DNA of 64,000 nt from Leptonemataceae bacterium (GTDB lineage Bacteria; Spirochaetota; Leptospiria; Leptospirales; Leptonemataceae): NCBI GenBank assembly GCA_965227295.1, contig OZ245742.1, positions 3,744,001 to 3,808,000 on the forward strand. Reading direction: 5' to 3'. Position numbers and translations under genes: made by a program. Shown one piece after another: positions 58,411-64,000 of the stretch (its first letter is position 1; every line of letters begins with the position of its first letter). The notes under the pieces were generated by a model. It saw nothing but the letters and a program-made list of their open reading frames with translations, did not search any database and was not told the origin of the DNA.

Positions 58411-59997
58411 TCAGCTCACCTGCGGTCCGTGAGCCGTGAAATCGAATTCGCTGCCGCCGCCCACGTACTGAGCGAAGTTCTTCACGAACATGCCGGCCAG
58501 CTTCTTCGCCTGGGCTTCGTAATCGTCGCGGCTGGACCATGATTCCCACGGATGCAGGAGGTCTTTCGCCACGTCGCCCATTTTGTCCGGAACGCTCAGA
58601 TTCAGAACTGCATGGTGCGTATACTGGTCGTGATCCAGGGAACCGTCGAAGATGCCGTCGATAATGGAACGCGTGAGTTTGATCTTCATGCGGTTGCCGA
58701 CGCCGTACGGGCCGCCGGCCCAGCCCGTGTTCACGAGATAAGCCTTAACATTGTGCTTCTTCATTTTTTCGCCGAGGAGGCGGGCGTACTTCGTCGGGTG
58801 CAGCGTCATGAACGCCGCGCCGAAGCAGGCCGAGAACGTCGCCGTCGGTTCGGTAACACCGCGCTCGGTGCCGGCCACTTTGGCCGTATAGCCGGAGAGA
58901 AAGTGATACATCGCCTGTTCCGGGCTGAGCCGTGCCACCGCCGGCAGAACGCCGAAGGCATCGCAGGTCAGGAAGATGATGTTTTCCGGATGACCGGCCA
59001 CGCCGCTTTCAATGCGGTTGGGAATGTGGAAGATGGGATAGCTGACACGGGTGTTCTCGGTCTTCGCATTGGAAGAGTAGTCCACCGCACCGTCGCCGCC
59101 GACGACCACGTTTTCGAGGAGTGCGTCTTTCTTGATGGCGTTATAGATGAGCGGTTCATCGTCCGGGTTCAGGTTGATCACTTTTGCATAGCAACCGCCT
59201 TCAAGGTTCCAGATACCTTCGTCGTCCCAGCCGTGCTCGTCGTCGCCGATGAGCGGGCGCTTGGGATCGGTGGAGAGGGTGGTCTTGCCGGTGCCGGAGA
59301 GACCGAAGAACAGTGCGGCATCGCCCTTGTCTTTGCCGACGTTGGCCGAGCAGTGCATCGTGAGGATGCCTTCCAGGGGCTTGTAGTAGTTCATTACGGA
59401 GAAGATGCCTTTCTTCATTTCCCCGCCGTACTCGGTGCCGCCGATGATGGCGATGCGTTTTGCCAGGTGAAAGAGTACGAAGACTTCGGAGTTGAGGCCG
59501 TGCTTTTGCCAGTCCTCGTTCTTCAGGCCGGAAGCGTTCAGGATGGTGAAGTCCGGTTCGAAGTTGGCGAGCTCGCTTTCTTGCGGGCGGATAAACATGT
59601 TCGTGCAGAAGTGATGCTGCCAGGCGCGTTCGGATACTACGCGCAGAGAGAGGCGGGTGCTCTTGCGCGCACCGGCGAAGCCGTCGAATACGTAGAGCGG
59701 TTTGCCGGAGAGGTGGCCGAGGACCTTGCCGTAGAGTTCGTCGAAGACTTCTTCGGAGCAGGACTTGTTAATGTCACCCCACCAGAGGTTTTCTTTGCTG
59801 GACGGCTCTTCTACGAAGAATTTGTCCTTCGGGGAGCGGCCGGTGAAAATACCGGTGTCCACGGTCATGGCGCCCTGCGCGGTCAGCGATGTTTCGCCGT
59901 TTTTCTTTTCATGTTCGAAAATGTCGTCGTAGCTCAAGTTGTGATACACAACCGGAGTGTTTTGAATTCCCGAGATTTGAATCTCCGTAGTTTTCAT
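58411..59997 (-). CDS. pckA: ATP-dependent PEP carboxykinase
   Basis: [30 protein letters not shown]. Confidence 0.97.
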   Translation of the reverse strand: MKTTEIQISGIQNTPVVYHNLSYDDIFEHEKKNGETSLTAQGAMTVDTGIFTGRSPKDKFFVEEPSSKENLWWGDINKSCSEEVFDELYGKVLGHLSGKPLYVFDGFAGARKSTRLSLRVVSERAWQHHFCTNMFIRPQESELANFEPDFTILNASGLKNEDWQKHGLNSEVFVLFHLAKRIAIIGGTEYGGEMKKGIFSVMNYYKPLEGILTMHCSANVGKDKGDAALFFGLSGTGKTTLSTDPKRPLIGDDEHGWDDEGIWNLEGGCYAKVINLNPDDEPLIYNAIKKDALLENVVVGGDGAVDYSSNAKTENTRVSYPIFHIPNRIESGVAGHPENIIFLTCDAFGVLPAVARLSPEQAMYHFLSGYTAKVAGTERGVTEPTATFSACFGAAFMTLHPTKYARLLGEKMKKHNVKAYLVNTGWAGGPYGVGNRMKIKLTRSIIDGIFDGSLDHDQYTHHAVLNLSVPDKMGDVAKDLLHPWESWSSRDDYEAQAKKLAGMFVKNFAQYVGGGSEFDFTAHGPQVS

Positions 59998-60102
59998 GAA
60001 TGTACCTCGAAGTATTCCGGCCCGAACGCAGCGAACGCACACAGGGAACCGGGATGAGCAGGGTACGGCGGAAGTGTACCCTGTCAACTTCAATATAGCA
60101 CG

Positions 60103-61116
60103 TTAACGCCGTATGGAGCCACCCACGGGCAGAACGTGGATGGAATTTTTTTCCAGGCCGCGGAGGGCCGCGAGTTCCGGCAGGATGCGTGCCGGTTCGT
60201 GCACCGCTTCGTCGGCGAGGTCGAAGCAGCCCCAGTGAATGCCCAGCATGCGATCGGCCTCCAGGTCGAGGAAGGCCTGCAGGGATTCGGCGGGGTCCAC
60301 GTGGATTTCTTTCATGAGCCAGCGGGGCATGTAAGAACCGATCGGGATCAGGGCCACGTCCATCGGTCCCAGGACGGCGCGGATTTCTTTAAAGTGCGGG
60401 CCGTAGCCGGAGTCTCCGGCGAAGTAGATATGCGTACCGATTGAGCGATCCGCGACGCTCCAACTGCACCAGAGCGAACGATCCCGGTCAAACGCACCCC
60501 GGCCGGAAAAATGCTTCGCCGGCAGGCAATGGAAGGCCAGTTCCTCAAGCTCAATGAACTGCCACCAATCGAACTCGCAGACCCGGGTGAGACCCTCGGC
60601 CCGCAGCGGCGCCTCAAGGCCCAGCGGTACGAGAAAGCGCGGTCGGAAGCGGTGTTCCAGGCGGAGGAGCGAGGGCATGTCCAGGTGGTCGTAATGATCG
60701 TGCGAGATCAGGACGACGTCCACCCGGGGTAGGTCTTCGATTTCGATGGGCACGTCGTGCAGTCGACTGAGGCCGATGCCAGGAACCGGCCCGATGCGCT
60801 TGCTGAAGACCGGGTCCGTTAGGATGGTCCGCCGGCCGGAGCGGATCAGGGCTGTGGCGTGGCCGAGCCAGGTGACCTCGTACCGGTTTACCGTTCTCTG
60901 GAGCTGTTGCGGGTCGATCGGTTTCACCGGCGTGGGGTCGAAGCCCGGGAAACGAAACAGGCGGCCGGCAATCCACAGCGCGGTCTTCCATGCGGGGGGC
61001 TGCGGAACCTGCGGACCCCACGGGTTCCGATAACCGCCCTCGGACCGGTGATGGGACGTAGAATAACGGTCGTGATTGCGAATCTGGTTTTTAGGATCGA
61101 TGACTGACGCTTTCAT
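60103..61116 (-). CDS. MBL-fold hydrolase (NAPE-PLD/RomA-like)
   Basis: TWLGHA, SHDHYDHLD, AGDSGY, IHWG. Confidence 0.9.
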   Translation of the reverse strand: MKASVIDPKNQIRNHDRYSTSHHRSEGGYRNPWGPQVPQPPAWKTALWIAGRLFRFPGFDPTPVKPIDPQQLQRTVNRYEVTWLGHATALIRSGRRTILTDPVFSKRIGPVPGIGLSRLHDVPIEIEDLPRVDVVLISHDHYDHLDMPSLLRLEHRFRPRFLVPLGLEAPLRAEGLTRVCEFDWWQFIELEELAFHCLPAKHFSGRGAFDRDRSLWCSWSVADRSIGTHIYFAGDSGYGPHFKEIRAVLGPMDVALIPIGSYMPRWLMKEIHVDPAESLQAFLDLEADRMLGIHWGCFDLADEAVHEPARILPELAALRGLEKNSIHVLPVGGSIRR

Positions 61117-61411
61117 TAGCGGTTCCCGCTTTTCATACTGATGATACTACAACTGTACGGGCGGATTGTTGCGTAAATTTGACGCTCCTGAGAAGAGTTT
61201 TGTGCGCCGCAAAAAGAGTCTAGCGTGTTTTTTTCTGAAACTGTGAATTTTATGTCTCAAATGAACGCTGTTTTGCACAGGATTTCGCGTTTCCCGGAGT
61301 CGGAGTTCCTACAAAAATTGCGAAAACTCCCGCGGATCGGCGAAGAGCAGCGCACCAGGGTGTCAGTTTCTGATGAGACATAACACGTTTCACGGGAAAC
61401 CGAAACAAAGC

Positions 61412-61564
61412 GCGAACCCGCACCCGCTCCGCCCCGCGAATTGAGCGGGGCTCCGGGGTGCGGGTTCGCTTGCGGGATCTTTACGAAGAAGACACCCGCT
61501 CCGCCCCGCGGATAGAGCGGGGCTCCGGGGTGCGGATTCGCTTGCGGGATCTTTACGACGAAGA
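61412..61564. repeat. 72-bp tandem duplication of a GC-rich hairpin
   Basis: Units start at 61421 and 61493; copy 1 folds GCGAACCCGCACCC...GGGTGCGGGTTCGC. Confidence 0.88.
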
Positions 61565-61713
61565 CGCCGTTCCGGTCCGCCTTACCATGCTCCCCGGCAT
61601 GACCTCCGTTCGTCAGCTGGAACCAGTTGTGACCATAAAAGTGCGAATCGAAACTGGCCTCAACTTACACCACGATTCGGGGCGTGCTCGAACGAACAAA
61701 AGGTTCGGCGAAT

Positions 61714-63312
61714 TCAGCGCAAGTCGACCTGAACCACGTCCACCATGTTCTCGAGTTTGCCGAGTTCGGCCAGAGCGGTTTTGTCGAGGGGTTCGTCGGT
61801 GGTGACGACGCAGTAGGCCGTGCCGCCTTTCTGGTCGCGGCTGAGTTCCAGGTGGGCGATGTTGACCTTGTGGTTTCCCAGGAAACCACCGATGTTGCCG
61901 ATCATGCCGGGGAGGTCGCGGTTCTTCAGGACCACGAGAATGCCCTCGGGCTTGAACTCCAGGGGCAGGCCGAACATGGAATAAACCATCGGCTCGTTCT
62001 TGATCGCCGTGTAGCTGAGTTCGACTTTGTCGCCGTTGTTGGACTGGAACGTTACGCGCACGAAGCTGGAGAATCCTTTCGCTTCGGCGGTGTTGTTCTC
62101 GTTTACATTAATGCCGCGTTCTTTCGCGAGCACCGGGGCGTTGACGATGTTGACCTCGTCGCCCAGGGCCAGGGAAAGTGCGCCGGCGAGAACGGCCGTG
62201 GTCACCGGCTCGGTCATGAACTTCGAAATCTCACCACAATACTCAATGTGAATCGATTGCGGATCGCCTTTGACCAGGTGGCCGAGCAAACGTCCAATGG
62301 GCCCGCCGCCGGCGTAGTAGGGCTTCAGGAAGTCCATGGAATCCGGATCCACCGTCGGGAAGTTCAACGCGTTGCGGGCGACGCCTTTGCCGAAGTAATC
62401 GATCAATTCGTCGACGGTTTCCATGGCCACGGCGAACTCGGCGTCCCCCGTGGAAGCGCCGAGGTGCGGCGTGAGAATGGCGTTGTTGAATTTCGTGAGC
62501 GCGTGGCCTTCGGGTAGCGGCTCCTGGGTAAAAACGTCCAGTGCCACGGAGCCGATCTTGCCGGACTCAAGGCCCTCCACCAGGGCGTCCTCGTTGTAGA
62601 TGCCGCCGCGGGCGCAGTTGATGAGACGCACGCCGTCTTTGAGGTCTTTCAGGTTGTCCTTATTTACGAGATCGCGGGTGCTGTCGGTGAGCGGCGTGTG
62701 TACTGTAATGAAGTCGGCCTCGCGAATGATGTCTTCCACCTTCACGATGTCGATCTCCAGGCTGGCCAGGTTCGAGGCCTGGATGTAAGGATCAAAACCG
62801 AGTACGCGCATTTGCAGACCGCGGGCGCGCTTCACGACTTCTTTGCCGATGCGGCCGAGGCCGATCACACCGAGGGTTTTGCCGGTGAGCTCGACGCCTT
62901 TGAACTTCTTTTTCTCCCACTTGCCGGCGTGCATGGACTCGTTCGCCTGGGGCGTGAGTCGCGCGGAAGCGAACAACAAGGCGAGGGCCTGTTCCGCGGT
63001 GGAGACCGTGTTTCCACCGGGCGCGTTCATCACGATGATGCCGCGGCGCGAGGCCTCAAAGATGTTGATGTTATCCACACCGACGCCGGCGCGGATGACG
63101 ATTTTGAGATTCGGGGCCTTGTCCATGACCTCGGCGTCCACCGTGGTGGCCGAGCGGACGATCAGGCCGGCGGCGCGGCCGATGACGTCGTCGGAGAGGA
63201 GTTCTTCGCGGCTATGGCCACCCTTGTAAATGACTTCGAGATTGTCTTCGCCTTCGAGGCGCTTGATGCCTTCGGCATCGAATTTGTCGGATACGACGAT
63301 GACGTGCTTCAT
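61714..63312 (-). CDS. serA: D-3-phosphoglycerate dehydrogenase (long form with ACT domain)
   Basis: RAGVGVDNI, GLGRIG, NCARGG, TPHLGAST. Confidence 0.96.
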   Translation of the reverse strand: MKHVIVVSDKFDAEGIKRLEGEDNLEVIYKGGHSREELLSDDVIGRAAGLIVRSATTVDAEVMDKAPNLKIVIRAGVGVDNINIFEASRRGIIVMNAPGGNTVSTAEQALALLFASARLTPQANESMHAGKWEKKKFKGVELTGKTLGVIGLGRIGKEVVKRARGLQMRVLGFDPYIQASNLASLEIDIVKVEDIIREADFITVHTPLTDSTRDLVNKDNLKDLKDGVRLINCARGGIYNEDALVEGLESGKIGSVALDVFTQEPLPEGHALTKFNNAILTPHLGASTGDAEFAVAMETVDELIDYFGKGVARNALNFPTVDPDSMDFLKPYYAGGGPIGRLLGHLVKGDPQSIHIEYCGEISKFMTEPVTTAVLAGALSLALGDEVNIVNAPVLAKERGINVNENNTAEAKGFSSFVRVTFQSNNGDKVELSYTAIKNEPMVYSMFGLPLEFKPEGILVVLKNRDLPGMIGNIGGFLGNHKVNIAHLELSRDQKGGTAYCVVTTDEPLDKTALAELGKLENMVDVVQVDLR

Positions 63313-63385
63313 ATACGTCAGGATTCTGGTGCGGCGCACCGTGGCAAGTGGAACAAGGGAGGATCGCTAACGCGAAGAGCTGTAC

Positions 63386-63814
63386 TTACGAAGCGTGGTG
63401 CACAATCATCTTCCACGAACCATTGTGGCGGCGGTACACGTTCGTGGCATGCACGGCACCCTCAAGCACCACCGCATCGCCCGCCGCGGTTTTCGTCGGT
63501 GCGCCGGCCTCCGGGGCCGTGCGGAGAATCTCGACGCAAGATACTACGGCCAGCTCCCCGTCCACGAAGATGACCTCGTCGGCGACTTCGAACTCCATGT
63601 AGCCGGTATGCGTGAAGATGCGCGACCAGCTTTCCATGACCGCGGCGAAACCGACCAGCGGCCGCCAGCCAGGGTGGACGCATTTCACATGAACGTTTTC
63701 GAGGTCCAGCCAGCAACGGCGCATGCGTTCCACCTGCAACGATTCGAAGGCCCGGTAGAACTCGCGGTTCGCTTTGCGGACTTCTTCAATCACTGATTCG
63801 ACGGCTTCGCTCAT
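63386..63814 (-). CDS. NTF2/SnoaL-like protein
   Basis: NREFYRAFE, CVHPGW, WKMIVHHAS. Confidence 0.85.
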   Translation of the reverse strand: MSEAVESVIEEVRKANREFYRAFESLQVERMRRCWLDLENVHVKCVHPGWRPLVGFAAVMESWSRIFTHTGYMEFEVADEVIFVDGELAVVSCVEILRTAPEAGAPTKTAAGDAVVLEGAVHATNVYRRHNGSWKMIVHHAS

Positions 63815-63838
63815 AGACTGAATCCTCTTCCGCGCAAG

Positions 63839-64000
63839 CTAGCCATCCCGGCCGCTGTGAACCAGGTCTTCGGGTTTGCGCAGGACCGGCCCGCCGGCCA
63901 GCCAGCGCCGAACTCGGCCCGTAAGGCTCTCGTCTATTTCCGGTTCGTCGCGGTAATCTTCGAGGGTGTCGTTTACGAAACTCTCCACGAACCGAAAGAC
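63839..64000 (-). CDS. C-terminus of an unknown protein (runs off the window)
   Basis: Open frame VFRFVESFVNDTLEDY...RDG*. Confidence 0.5.
   Translation of the reverse strand, partial: VFRFVESFVNDTLEDYRDEPEIDESLTGRVRRWLAGGPVLRKPEDLVHSGRDG

Noticed and set aside
58552..60057. 501-aa + strand ORF
   Set aside because: Antisense shadow of pckA, expected in GC-rich DNA; same for 3257-4447, 8130-9140, 47888-48847 and 53907-55229
61421..61564. Possible CRISPR array
   Set aside because: Only two contiguous 72-bp units, no unique spacers and no cas genes

Overview
GC-rich bacterial chromosomal segment, most likely from a Leptospiraceae spirochaete (Leptospira-like FliG, FlaA-family protein, fliK-flgD-flgE and spirochaetal lipoboxes). 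The left ~7 kb is accessory. It holds the 3' end of a group II intron interrupting a gene, a lipoprotein serine protease, an orphan fliG, a decayed toxin-antitoxin pair, a NucS-like nuclease and an AT-richer unknown gene. The rest is mainly housekeeping (ppc, copA, proC, ddl, meaB-ecm, ilvD, nadE, purQS, folK, purC, pckA, serA). Standout observations are: (1) a flagellin homologue with an apparent Sec signal peptide; (2) two unrelated proteins carrying MshEN-type c-di-GMP-binding repeats, namely a PvdE/YojI-type ABC exporter and a cNMP-patatin phospholipase; (3) four full and two partial copies of a multi-hairpin repeat with compensatory base changes (Flavo-1-like), one read in frame inside a gene; (4) a PEP carboxylase with substituted aspartate-inhibition residues. 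No tRNA, rRNA or CRISPR array was seen. All calls come from motif recognition by eye; no searches were run.
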